Notes under the pieces: generated by a model
Databases searched by the model: none
Seen by the model: the letters and a program-made list of their open reading frames with translations, nothing else
What the model was told of the DNA's origin: nothing
Position numbers and translations under genes: made by a program
Shown: one piece after another, positions 41,240 to 55,600 of the stretch
How the letters are laid out: each line of letters begins with the position of its first letter
How positions within the stretch are numbered: position 1 is the first letter of the stretch
From: Epiperipatus broadwayi
Lineage: Eukaryota > Animalia > Onychophora
DNA: 64,000 nucleotides
Reading direction: 5' to 3'
Assembly: GCA_028023455.1 (NCBI GenBank)
Contig: JAQFVV010000003.1
Span: 23,498,001 to 23,562,000, forward strand

Positions 41240-41335
41240 AATTACTCCAATTACCTAAAGAAAGACATCTGAAAAGGCAAATGACCCAAGATGCATTTCA
41301 TACTGAATCAGCTCTCATCAGTTGGCCTAAGTCAC
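41240..41335 (-). ncRNA. Family A copy A3; near-intact hammerhead at 41286-41325
   Basis: CCAA CTGATGA GAGCTG ATT CAGTAT GAAA TGCA TC TTGG: full core, palindromic stem III ATGCAT, C17. The downstream flank resembles other A copies. Confidence 0.8.
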
Positions 41336-41896
41336 AATTTCTCAAATATGTTATCTTCTGCTCAATATTTATCTGTATCATGACGCAATGATATATTATG
41401 GAAGTGGGACACATTTATGACAGCTTTCTCCCCAGAGTTAAGAAATTATCATATCATTTTTAGCCCATATGTACATTTTAAACTTTAATTAAAGATGAAT
41501 ATATCGTTAAATATATCTATAAACATAATCACATGAAATAATTCAACATTGCAATTTAAAACCATCAAAACTTTTTATCATTAGCTTTTTACTGTCCAAT
41601 TTTCACATTTATAGAATTAAAAGCTCACCAATTGCTTGATTGTTATGTTAAGAGATATGATCTTATATAATGTTTTCCAATTTTTTTTTTTTGCAACTCA
41701 TCTCATTGTTAATCTATGATGAATCTTGATTAGTGGAACTTTCCTTGTTGTGGATAAATAACCAAAAAGATAGAAGCCATCAATCAATTTTGTACCATCA
41801 TTATCAGTTTTGAAATCATCTAAAAACCCTATTGTCTATAATATTTGTATCATCTAATCAATCATATATAAACAATTTTTATCTTTATTATCCACA

Positions 41897-42030
41897 CCAA
41901 CTGATGAGTGCTGGTTCAGCATGAAGTACATATATTGGAAATCATTGATCTTTTTCACATGTATGTGGTCATATTGGATAGAGTGGATGACTGTAGGGAA
42001 CTTGAAATTCTGAATTCAAATCTTCTTTAA
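41897..42030 (+). ncRNA. Family A copy A4; hammerhead at 41897-41938
   Basis: CCAA CTGATGA GTGCTG GTT CAGCAT GAAG TACATA TA TTGG: perfect stem II, A15.1 changed to G. Homology begins at stem I. Confidence 0.8.
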
Positions 42031-45000
42031 TTAAACTTAGGTTTATATTTATGAACAGTTTTGTAAGTTGGGTAAACTAGAAATTCTGTATATTTGACGA
42101 CCTTGTTTGAAATAAGATTTTATAATGTTCATCAGTATGTTAGATGATGAAATTTTATGCTTTATATTTTGTACTTAAATAATATTTGACAAGGTAACCT
42201 TATAAAAAATATCACAATTCTGGGTTCAAATCTATCTGGACAAAATCAAATTTCGAAATTGTGTCAGATTATAAACAGATAGCCGTTTTTAAATTTCAAA
42301 TAATCAACTCATGGTTAATCTAACTCTAATATTGAATGGGTAATGGATGTCTAGAGATCAGCTAGATATTCATTAATATGTATAATAAATTTGATAATTG
42401 TTAATTCAGTGGCTGGACTGTTATACCCCCACAAATGCTAATCCCACAATTTACTTTTCGCTTTCAAGAGCAATTTTTCTCACCTAATCTTATTATATGT
42501 TTGAATAAGTGCTGTAATATTACCCAGAATCCTTTTGGACTATACCATCTCATATCCACTGATTGCTCAAATTTTACAGTAGATGGCTTGGCAGCAAAAT
42601 GAAAAAAAAATGTTCTTGGAAACACGAATAAACATATGGAAAAGTCAAGTAAGGTTGTTGGCATTTTTACTTTTAATTTGAATATGATTTAATGGCATGA
42701 GCAATTCTTGGTAAGTGTAAAGTATTTGGAATAATAATAAGATAAAAAAGATAAAATATAGATCTAGCATCCTTTTTTTTTTGGTTTTTATAATCAGTAT
42801 GACACTCATTTGATCAAGCTCCTTGCCTTTAGCTGGTTATAAGTAAATATTCATTAGCTGACCATTTGATTAAATAGGATAATGTGAGCCAATTATTTGA
42901 ATAAAAATTCCTAGTCTGTTTGTAATCGAAAAAAATGTTTAAGTACCACCATCTGAACCTCAGTGAAGCCTTTGATATAGGCATGGCAGGCAATGTTCTG
43001 TTCACTATATCACAAATTTCTTATCTTCACCTTCTTTAAAAAATAAAATTTGAGTAATTATTGATTACTGAGTCTTAATAATTTATATCATGATATAATC
43101 TTTAAATGATAGTTCTTTTGTTAGATTCACAATAGAAGTCATTAAATTGTAGTGTAAATAATCTTATCTTCTATAAAAGATTTTTATCGTCTGAACCAAA
43201 ATTCTGTATATGTTCTTATCCTGTGCTCAAATAGTTTTTATCAGAGAGCTGTAATATATGTATATATCTTTGATAATTTATTTTAAGATAGATAAAATTG
43301 ATGCCAGATGCTTTTTAATATATGAATCATTTTATCAAATATTTGAAATATTTTCCAAATGCACCTCATCAATGTTATTTCTAGTAAATCTAATTTTAAA
43401 GTGCTTATATAAAATGGTATGTGTGTGTATATAGTTATACACGTGTTTATTATTTACATATGTATATGCATGTAAAATTTATCTATATGCATGCAAATGT
43501 ATGTTTTGATGTTTAGATTTTGTGTATGTGTATATAAATACAAGCGCATGTGCCTATACTGAACGTTTATATATGTTTTTGTGAATATATGTGCATGTGT
43601 ACTTTTTATGCATCTGATGTACATTTTATATGTCTTTTGAAGGAAGACTCTGTGGGTGCTCCATATCTGAGAACTTAATGACATTTAAAAACATATTAAA
43701 GTCATAGTGGGATTAACCACAGACTAAGTATTGATGATAAAACTTAAAAACAGATGTTGATAATATGACAGATAATAAAACACAAATATTTAACAACAAG
43801 CAAAGAATTTAAATGATTTAGAAAGAATTATAAGTTTAAAATTTATTTCTAATAGCTCACAAATTCATGTTTGTATATATTATACATTTTATAGTATATA
43901 TGTATGCATTACTTTATGTGTGTGCTGTAGCACAGGAGTAGTCATAGATCAAAAACTAAAGTTTTCATATTAAAACTAAACCCATGACTTCTGTATCTTG
44001 GAGATTGCATAACTTCCTGAATAAAAAAGATTGATCTTTTATATATTGCTCTCATAGATTAGTGCAATGATCCATGGATCACAGCTTAGTTCTACACTTC
44101 AAGTGTTCAAAATGTCATGACCTCCTGAGCAACTAACTATTTTTTTAACCATATTTATTCTTTAACAAAGTAAATCATAGGTTCAGCACTCTCGTAGATA
44201 CATTATCTTCTTCACAAATAATGGTATCATTATATTACATTCATATTTTTTTATTTTTATAATCAATACATTGACACTCATCTAAATATCTCAGATTAAA
44301 ATGGGATCTTTATTCTAGCTAATAATAACTAGATATACTTTTACTTATCATTATTTGATAGATAATTGAGATGGTTATAGAATATCTTTAAGATACTAAG
44401 CCTATTTGTATCAGAAAATTTTCAGATCTCATAGATTTAGTTCATCCACTATTGACTTTTAAACTTGAGCAAAAGATTATGATCATGTTGAATGGATGTG
44501 CTAATAACTATGTCTTTATATATTCATGGTCTTGCAGAAAATTTGGATTACTCAGAGAATCTGAGTTGTATATACATTCTTTACATGAAGATTGGTTGAA
44601 TAATTAGGCATAAAAAACTCTACTTAATGATAATGATCCTTGATATTATCATAAAAATAATAAGATTAAATGTGTAGAAGATCATATATAAGAATCAAGC
44701 CTCAACTGAAAAATGTTTAGCTCTCAAGTATTTCATTCTATTGCTGAGCCAAACCACACATGGTTAAATAATCAAATAGTTATAGTTAGTTAGTTAATCA
44801 CTTAGAAAGTTATATGATATTCAAGCATCAAAAGTGAAACTTTGAGTCTTTAAATTTTTGAATGTCTCACTGTACAGATTGAGACAAGTGGAATTATGTC
44901 ACCATAGTAAGCTGTTATTAATGGTTTGCTCAATTTCACAATGCTAAAATCATTTCAAATAGTTATCATTGGATTTTTCATATTAACAGTTTTTTAATAA

Positions 45001-46374
45001 AAATATTTTAAATATGTTCATCTAAATCAGTGGGTCTTAACTTGTGATCTGAAGACATATAGAAGACTGTGATGTCCTCACAAGAAGTCTGTAAAGGCTT
45101 GAAAAAATGATGTTAAAGTTAAAATAGAAAGAAAAAAATGAATAAATAAAAAATTGAGATTTAACATTATATGAAATTATTCTAATAGAAATATTATAGA
45201 TGTGCATATACTTATTTCTTTCTTCTGTCAAAATATGAGGATCAGTAATGAACAACTTCAAATAAATATTTGATATACTTAGTCCTTAAATCGTGAATTA
45301 ACTTTTGGTAGTTCTCATCACTTAGATAAGATATCTTGTGTTATAGTTAAAGTTAAGATGGTTTAATATGCTTAAAAAGAGTATAATTTAATATTATTAA
45401 ACACTTAAAAGAGGCCACATGAAAATAATATGACAAAAGAGACTATTCAATAAATGGTTGAGAAACACTGGTTTAAATCTTTAATCCATACCACATTGAG
45501 TTTCTATCTGATAGAAGACTCTATATACATATTTGATAAGTTCATTTTTTTATTAATTGAATGCAACTCAGAAATAGTCATTAGTTATATTAAAAATCAC
45601 TGCACTTGGTAGAATTCATATAAGTTAGTTATCATCTCTAGTCTAGCTACATAACTATTGAATTGTCTTAATCATTATTTCACAATGTATTTTTTATTTA
45701 ATATGAATTTTAAACATTTTCTTGAACAATTTATTTATACAATAATTTAATTTCAATTGTTTAATAATATAATTTTTTTTTTATTATTAAATAAAGGAAT
45801 AAGCAAAATAGTTAGTTGCATAGGAGATCATGTGACATTTAAGCACTGTGAGTTTTGATCTATCTTTTGACTCTTGAGACTGTCACTATGACCACTACTA
45901 AACCATACTGAGCAATTTATTAATTTATAAAATTTAAATTTAGTGATAAATCAATAAATTTATTTTATATTTATAAAGTCTTCATTCATCATTATGGAAT
46001 GATTATGGGAAAAATGACTTGATGAATGAATTCATGATGGACAGAGGAAAATTTCCATAGAAATTAATCTTAATCATATTTTATTGGTACTATAATATAA
46101 CAATGATAAAAAAGAGATATTAGCCTTATAAATGACTCATTGCAGGGCAAAAGCATCTCCAACAGCATTTTATAGACCAATAGTAAAAGAGCAGTTCTCA
46201 CTAGATGTTTCTGTTAGCCAGGTGTTAAGGTTTTGAGCAGTTTTTCATCCTTGTTTTATTTTTCCTAGCATATAATACACTCAAGTCACTGTATGAATAT
46301 TAATTTTGTATATATTAAGCTTACATTTTAAAATATACATAAAACAATAAAATTTAAAAAAACAATTTATGAAT

Positions 46375-46690
46375 TAAATATAGGGGATTTGAACTCAAGA
46401 CTTTCAAGCCCCTTCACTATCCACACTATCTCATACTACTGATACACATGACCACACACATGCAGAAAAGATAAATAATCACCAATATATGTATTTTGTG
46501 CTAAAGCAGCACTCATCAGTTGGTCCAGATTATCATCTCCCATATATTTATATAATCAGTGCTCAGTTTATATTAGAGATAGCAAATCCTTACACTTTAA
46601 TGGACAGGCTTCAACCTACTCCAACCTCCAACTCTTCAGCCATCCATACCATTGAAAATCTGATGATAGAATTCTCAAATCCTATGCTGA
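46375..46690 (-). mobile_element. Family A copy A5; hammerhead at 46482-46523
   Basis: CCAA CTGATGA GTGCTG CTT TAGCAC AAAA TACATA TA TTGG. This is the longest copy, with both flanks. Confidence 0.82.
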
Positions 46691-48574
46691 ATTATGAATT
46701 AATAAAACCCCACAAAACTAATAATTATCACTTAATCCCATTCACATATTTTGTAACATAAGTTCATTCCTCCCCCCATTAGTATGCTATTAGCAATTTT
46801 ATCTTCAAATTTGAAATATACTTAGAAAATAGATCATTTTTTAAATTAAAAATTTCAAATAATATGTAAAGAAGTTTGGCACTATTTTTTTTTTTTTTTG
46901 CAGGATTTTAAGTTTATAAGCTAAAAATGGTTTTTATTTTATGTATTGTTTGCTAAGCACATAGCCAATTATGGTTATACAAATCTTCTAAACTGTTTTA
47001 CAACCTTTTAAAAATGAGAAATTATTAGTTGTTTTCTGCAGGAAGTTTCACTCTGACACTATTTGTGACTTTTAATATTCTTGTTTGATTTTAAATTTAT
47101 ATATTCATTTTATGAAAATTTTAAATTTTAATTACATTTTAATCAAAAGATGAAGTTAATCTCCCTTCGACAAATTCCTATGCATGTTATTACATTTTTT
47201 GTTTTAGTGGGAACTATCTTTTTTTCTGGCAAACATATTTAAAACACTTTCCTTTTTTTTTTTCAAAATGAAATTTAGCAAAAATTATATAATCATTTTA
47301 AAATGTTAATTATAATTAGTATGTAATAAGAATTCAGTATTTTATATATGAATGAAAATAACAACTATTTTATTTAATTTTTTAATTTTAAATATAAATT
47401 TTAGACAAACATTTTAAATTTGTTCACTGCACTGATTAAAACAATAGTAAATATCCAAGTCATTTTGTTTTTTATAAAAATGCTTCAAAATAATTTTTCA
47501 AATTTTCTTTCTGTCTTAATTAATATATATATAATTATAGAAATTAAAAAAACCCCCACACATTTTAAAAAATAAATACATTAAAATATTGGAGTTGAAT
47601 CCATTTTCAAACACCTTCAAAGAAATGCTTCTTTTTGATCAAACTCCCTAATTAAATGTTTAAAAAATAAAAACAATTTTTTTTTAAATTTTGAAGATAT
47701 GAAATAGAAAGGCAATTTTTATTATGATAAAGTTGAAAATATGTTTTGAAGTATAAATAAACTCAGTAAAAGAAGTTTATTTCAGCTGGATATTTTTGCA
47801 CTAAGCTTTTTCTGTGAATTGTCTATATTTAAAATGCAGTACTTGCCTTTAGTTGATCACTGGTTTATTTTTTTAAAACTTAAATCCTTAATTGTGACTT
47901 TAGATATTGTATTTTTAAATGCAATCTACATATTGTTTAATTTTATATTTTAACTGTAAATATTTTAAGTTTAGAAGATATTGTTGACATAATAGTAATT
48001 ATAAAAAAAAGCACTACAATATGTAATATGACATTATATTTTTTTAAGCATGTACATTATGAAAGATTTTATTTTGAGAGCTTTTAATCACTGAAACTTC
48101 CTTTTTATGTTTGATATTCATGCATGATTTTCTATTTTTCTCCATTTTCTTAAGCATATTAAATAATAGTAATAATATGCTTATGTTAAGTCCTTGCTGA
48201 AAACATTTTGTGTAATTAGGTATGAGTAATATAATTAAGATACATCACTTTTATCACTGTAATGGATAGTTTGCAAGTGCTTATCACCCTCACCCCCTTA
48301 ATTCTAGAAATATGATAAGCTTTAATGAGTACTTTAATTCCATGACAAACACAAAAAGCATATAATAAATGAAATATGTTTGATAATTTATCGTAATTAG
48401 CGATTAATACTACATAATGATATTATTTTTATTGACCTGCATAGTTTAGTACAGTAACAGATTGGTGACTCTGGAGGTCTATAGATCATTCTCCATCTCT
48501 GCCATTTCTGTTGCTTGAACTTGTTATGAACTTCCAAGCAATATGTCACTCATTACATTTTTAATTTTTATTTA

Positions 48575-49665
48575 CACCTGGGTCTCTTTTTACGCGGACT
48601 TATTTAACACGATTTTGAAGTTACGCGATTCTGTTTCACCGGAAGTGTGTTAAATAAGTCCGCGTAAAAAGAGGCCCACGTGTATGAACTCCGATAATGT
48701 GCTATTACTTTAAATAATAAATTTCGCACACTTATGTCTTATTGAAAGTAATAGCACATTATTGGAATTCGACTTTCATCTTAGTAATTTCAATATTTTC
48801 AGTGCTTTATAATAGTAAGATTTTATGCAATAATGAAATTAAAATCATAATTTCCACATTTTATGTAAACACACATTAAATTTTACAAGATTATAATGTA
48901 AATTTGTTCAAACATTGTACGTGTTAATTTTGCATTTTAAATCACATTCTGTTTTTGCTTTTTAAAAAAAAACGTAATCAATTATTAATCATTTAGTGAC
49001 CACAAGTTTATTTTTAAAAGGTCAGTAATAGCAGTGGGCACAATTAAAAATTAAAATCTGATTTTTAATTGTAATTAACAATTTAAAAATTATTTACTGC
49101 GACTTGAAATTAATGTGAATGTTGATTTTTAAACCGAATTGAAAATTAAAGACAAAAATAAGAATTTAATTTTTAGTTGTTAGTTTCATAAACAATTAAT
49201 AAAATCATTGTCTCAAAGATTAATTACTAATTACGTTGTCACCAGAAAACCACTGTTACAACATGAGGGTGAAATTGGCGCTAGTTGTTTGCAAATGAAC
49301 GTGTTTTTTTGGCAAATAGCTATAATAATTAAAACGTGTATAAAAAAATGTCAATTACTGTACTGTAAATTATGCATAAAAATATATTATTTTGAATAAA
49401 ATTAAATATTATAGTTAAAAAAAGTTTGTCTTGTATCAATTTTTTTTAAATTTGAAATTTTTTATTAGTCATATTTTATTTCCTTATATTTTTTTTGCGC
49501 AGATTTTAAAGTAATTTTACGCTGGTGCTTTGCTTTTACGCGAATTTTGAAAAATCACAGACTGCATCCCCCCTTTTTCAATGTAAGTTACGTCTATTTT
49601 TGCGCGATTTCGTTTGCGCGTGTTTTCTGAGGAACCTATCTATCGCATAAAACGAGACCCAGGTG
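48575..49665. mobile_element. Non-autonomous Tc1/mariner (pogo-like) element with TA target-site duplication
   Basis: TA|CACCTGGGTCTC ... GAGACCCAGGTG|TA perfect 12 bp TIR. Repeated subterminal TTTT(A/G)CGCG motifs, CpGs retained, no transposase ORF. Confidence 0.8.
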
Positions 49666-52600
49666 TATATACGTTTGGGGAAATTTGCTTATTTAATCAA
49701 AAGTTTATTGAAGGAAAGTATTTGACGTACTAAAAGCCAGGCTCCACTGAAAATTTTTATATCTTTTGAAAAAATGTTTTCAGGCAAATGAATTAAAAGA
49801 TAATCTTATTTGGAACTAATTTCTATGATTTCTTAAGAAGTTATTTGAAATTAGTTATGCCAACCAGCCCAGAACAAAAAAATCTACAAGAGGGATGTAG
49901 TATAAGAATTTTAAACATCATAGAATGTTGATGTACTTAAGTATTAAGTTATCATGCTTTATCCAAGTAAAAAAAAATTAGAGAAAAATGGCAGTCAATT
50001 CAAACCTTAAATTATACAATAAGTTATCAATGGAGTTTGGCTATTGACATGTTTCTAACCATATGGTGTTTTTTTTTTTTATAAATTCTTTTTATGTACT
50101 CCTAAAATTTTTACTGTTTTTTTTTTTTTTAATTTTAATTTGTAGATAGTAATTTAAATGTAATTTTTATTGATTTTAGAAATAAATAATGAAACTTTGG
50201 TAAAAACTTAAGTATTTTTTATATTTATAATTTAAATATTTTAATTTATTCAGAATCAAATGCTATATTGTAAAACATTGTTTAAACATAATCATGAAAA
50301 AAAAAACAATTACATGTATACAATTACATTTTTGTAAAGAAAATAATCTATATATATATGCAAAACCAGAAAGTAGATGGAGAATTCCATTTTCATCCAC
50401 TTAAGGCTATTGGCTATGATACATGGCATTTAATATAAATGGTGCTAGAAGATTTCATTAACCTTTAAAATAATTATATATTAAGTGATAGTGTTTAATT
50501 GTCATATTACTTATTTCAAATGAGTATTAAAGTAATTACTCACATTCTACTTGTGAATATTATATATAGACAATTTAAATGACTCTGTAAAAATATCTTA
50601 TGTTGAGTCTTGTAAATGTCTTTACCCATAAACCCCATCATAATAAAAACACAAAATGAAAATGGCTTTATTTTCATCTGCTTAAGGCTGTTAGATAATG
50701 ACATAAAGAGGGTAAGTTAAATTTAATATAGATGTACTAGCATATTTTATTGACTCCTAAAATAATTACATATTAATTGACACTATTTAGTTATATTATT
50801 AAATATTTACAATAATTTGGAAATTCACAAGAGTATTAAAATACTTAACTGAGATATTCTCTTGTAAATATATCATACAATAAATTTATATCAGCCTATA
50901 AAAATGTATCTGTCAATTTGATGTGAATCTTGTAAATGTTGTCCATAAATATCATCTTAATAACCCAGAAAGCAGATAAGTAGTTCCATTTTTATCTGTT
51001 GAATGGTATTTGATGCTAAATATTTAATATATTAAATTAAATTTAGATGATACTAAATGTCATTAATTATTAAAATATTTATATATAAGTTTTAGTCTAT
51101 GTGAATAAAGTAAAAGAGGTCATAGTAAGTTTAAGTAGTAGTGCAAGATTAATTTGCATAATTAGAAACCGTGTAAGAACAGTTTTATATTTGGAAACTA
51201 AAAATAGTCAAATAAGGAATTAAAATTAATTTTCTTTTAAAATGTAGAATCATTATTTTGAAAACTTATCTGAAAGAGAGAAAATCATAATTAAGGTTGC
51301 ACAAGAATCATAGCTTTTAGATTAAGTCAACAAAATGTGATAGATAAATAACAATGACATTTGAGATAGTTTGATGTTCTAAGCCAACTGACAAAATTAA
51401 CCCAGCAGAAATGCATCTTAAAGATTATTAGCCTTTTTCTGATGTCTTTAATCATTTTTGAAGCAAATGATTTTTTAATTATACACATTTAAAAGTATTT
51501 GATCTGCAGTAAAAGTCATTAACATGCTATTAAAATTATTAATATTTAAAAGCAATAAAATAAGTTTTAAATTTCTATTCTACATTTTTAAAGAAAAACA
51601 TGTGGACAGGATATATATTTTTTGTTTTTACTTTGACTAATTCTTTTGAGAATTAGCATTAATTAGAATAATGTTCTTGGAAAACAATAAGTGTACCAAC
51701 TTTACATAAAAAAGAAAAAGTTAAAAAAAGGAGAGTAAAAATGCTTAGATTAAATAGTGTATAAGATAATGCATTTTGTTTTATTCTGTGTATAAATAGT
51801 CAGACAACATCTGAAAGTTTACATTTTTTTATTTATTAGCTTTAAGTTGCAGATTTCTTTTTTCATAGATGTTTCTCCTTCAACACATCTTTTTAAAATC
51901 ACAATTTTTTAAAATTAAAACAATAGTAAAGACAACTTGAGCCATATGATAATCAGGGCTAATTGAAAAGACTAGCTCAATTGTAATGCATCATAGAGGT
52001 CATTCACATTTTCCCAGTATCTGTCATATCTTTAAAATTATAAGAAAAGGGAACCATGTTTATAAAAGTTGAATTATTCCATGTGTTTATGCTTAATTGA
52101 AAAAGTTATATATTTGAGTTAGGGATAATATCTAGTTTAATAAATAATAATTATTAATACTAAGGTCAAAATTTGTGAGTATAAAGAGTTTAACTTAAAA
52201 ATCAAAGTATAATATTATACATCTTAAAATCTTGCATCTGTGGAAAGAAAATTGAAAAATTTGATTTTTCCTGTATAAATCCTAAAAAAAAAAGTTTGAC
52301 TTTAATTTTAAAAATGCAATAATTTTAAATTCTATAAAGAGTGATAGTTAATCATATGTATTTATCAAATTACTTAATTGTTAACAAATGTATGCTTGAA
52401 ATGCTTATCTCAAGTAGTATATATTGATAAAATACAGAATAATGGAAAAAGATATTTGTGAGGGCAGGATGATCTAAACTAACAAAAGAAGCTAGTTCAA
52501 TCAAAATGCGTTTTAGGAGTCATTTACATTGATCCAGTGTTTGCAAATCATCTGTTTAAAAAATGATGATGAATTGTAGTTTAATATATATACAATCATT

Positions 52601-55600
52601 TAGTTGTGGATAATGATATGTATTGTAGTCTTTAAAGTACAAGTGGGAGTGGGGAAAGAAAAAGAATGATTACCTCAACTGCTTGAATATTTTATTAGTA
52701 TTCTGTTAAGATTTTTAAACTGTAATTTATTTCTTTTACCTCGTTACATATTAAAGAAAAAAAAACAAAGCCAGACAACTTTGTATAGAATAAATCCTGA
52801 TTAATTACTGCTACTTTTAAGGATGTGTGTATGTTAATGCAGACAATTGAATTCAATATATTTTGCCAATAATGTTTTATAAATATTCATGAGTAGAAAT
52901 ATGCTTAGGATTTTAAAAAACGATACTTAGTCCATCTGTCCACCTTCATTACTTTAAAGCATTACATTCACGTACACACATATATACATATTGGTTAGCA
53001 GTAGAATGACTTTAGTACACATCTGTGAAATTACGTATTTTTGCATAAGTGGAAGAATAGAGTTTACAAATATGGAAAAGGGTAGGGAGAAAGTTTTATT
53101 CAGAAGCAAATAGATTAAACAATTTTCCTTCACCCCTATCCCTCAATAAAGGTAGTATAATTATTACAAAGATAGTTTTTTTAAAAAATAAATTAAAAGT
53201 CAGTAATAATACAATATATTCTAGAAAACATTGGAAATATTAAATACAATTTTGAAGGTATCTATAATGTTAACGGCACTGAAAATTCATTTAGGTTTTC
53301 AATATTTTCTCAAAATATATAGTGTCAGCATGACTTTATAATCTTTCAGTGATGGAATTATCATAGTTGTTTAAAGATTGTTTTTTATAACATGCGTTAA
53401 ATAAAATAATGGTTTATAGGATATTTGATCACTGGAAATGATCAGTGACAGCCTTGTTTTCTTGGACTTTGAACCCCATCACTCTTTAACTTTGCAACAA
53501 GTCATGTCTAACGTAAAAAGCAGTGAAAATTGTGCAATGAGTAAGTTTATCCGAATATATAAAGTACTGGAATTTTCTAAGTATTGTATAAAATAAATTC
53601 ATATCTGTATTCTATTATCTTTTATCTGGTAAGATTATGTTTATATATTTTAATAGTTTATATAGTTTTTAATCTTGAAAAAATGGTAAATATCTTAGGG
53701 CACAGTGATTAGCCCATTGGCCGGACAACCATGACCTGGAGATGAAGGCTGGGTCACATGAACCTTAAATTCTTTCTGATTACACACAGGCATAGAATTT
53801 TTATTTCAGATTGACAACCCATAGTCTACCTAGATAATTATCTAATAATATTTGACAAATGAGTATCTAGCTATTATTAGCTAAAGTTAAGGTCCAATGT
53901 TAATCTGGTTTAGCTATACGAGTGTTAATAACATTGATAGTGAAAAAAAAATCAATCATAATGTGATGTAGTCTTTGCCACATTTGTTTTGGATACTAAG
54001 CCTATGGTTATCTTCACATTATATGCAATAATTTGTTCATTTATTGAGACCAAAAGAGACCTTTTACAAATGAATTCTCAGAAATGAAAATAAATTTTGA
54101 TTGGGATTGTAGCTTTTATCTAAAGACACATTATATACTGTATATAGGTAGTTCTCAGTTAAATAATAGTCTGTGCCACTACTTTTCACATAACTTTATT
54201 AAGTATTTATTGGGAAAAAATATTCTGATTAATTAACTTTAAATAAAGAATGCTATTAGACTTGCATTACTGCAGTAATTATAATGCATGGATTAATGAC
54301 CAGAGCACTTTTGATCACTTGATAATAAAAATTATCAATAAAAATTTAAATTGAAAACCATTTAGTAGATTAAGATTTTTGTTGTAACTATTGTATCTAG
54401 ATGCTAGTAATATTCAGTATTTCAAGGGAGATGAAAATTCTTTTCAGAAGAAAATATACTTCTGCAAATAACTAAAGTAAGCTATTTTTATTATGATAGA
54501 GGCAGAAAAATAATTATATTTTTATTGGTCTTTTTGCTTTTTTGTGTGTGTGAAATTATTAAATACTTATTTCTTACTAAGTATATAATATTTATACATA
54601 TCTTTTGTCTGAATATAAGTAATATTTAGGAGAAAATTAGGCCATTAAAAGTTTATTATCGTAAACAAAAAATGCTCAATGTAAATCACTTGTTTTTTGT
54701 TCTATAATTGAAAAGTTGATTTTTAGTTTTTCAAAGAATATTTTCATTATTTGAATTAATTTGCTTAAATGAATTTTTGGTTGGAGAATGAGTTTTTGGT
54801 CATTAAATACATTTTTTAGATCACTAAAACATCACATAATCACTATTTCTTTATGCTTGTGCAAACTGTTTTATTTGGAATTTGTTTTGCCCCATATAGT
54901 TTAGTGTGCCTTAAGAAACAAAGGTTTTTGAATCTAAGCTTACTCAATCACTTTTGGAGTTTGAATATCATAAGTTTCCAAACAATTGACTATTAGATTT
55001 CTGTGTACAACAAATTTATTTTTTTTGGTTAAAAATTATATAATAATTTTTTGGACAGTAAACTTTTTGATCCACTGAATCATTTTTTAGTATGTATAAT
55101 GGATGCAATTTGAGATAGAAAGATCATTTTAATATTATTAATCCAAGAAAAAAATCAGACATATATTCCATTTCCATTAATATTACTACTATCCAATACA
55201 ATAATTTCAATTAAATACTAATGCTTACTTGTTGAATATGGGTGACAGCTTCACATCACAATATTTTAACATGTTGAATTTAAGCAAACACATCCTTTTG
55301 TATTAAAAAAGAATAATAACCAACTCCCATATTTTTCTGATGTCTGATCTGTATGAAATTATTTGCACATGTTAATTTTGAAAAAAATTATCCAGTCTTC
55401 ACCAACAAACGTTTTTGTTTGTTCATTTAATTTTTCCAAACAATTGGATGCATTGCACCAAATTTATGTTGTGTGAAGTAGTACAACATGTAAAAGAATA
55501 TAAATGATCAGATTTGATTGTTATTTAGTTGGATATCTAAGTTGCATTTAATAATGTAAACATACAAATACTTACTCAACTAATCCTCAGATTTTGGAAT

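Noticed and set aside
42450-42670. ORF with SVDMRWYS resembling hAT TRWNS
   Set aside because: A single weak motif; insufficient without a profile search.
50345-51010. Diverged repeats of about 300 bp period
   Set aside because: Similarity is patchy in very AT-rich DNA, with no HHR or TIR. Not supportable beyond an old tandem duplication.
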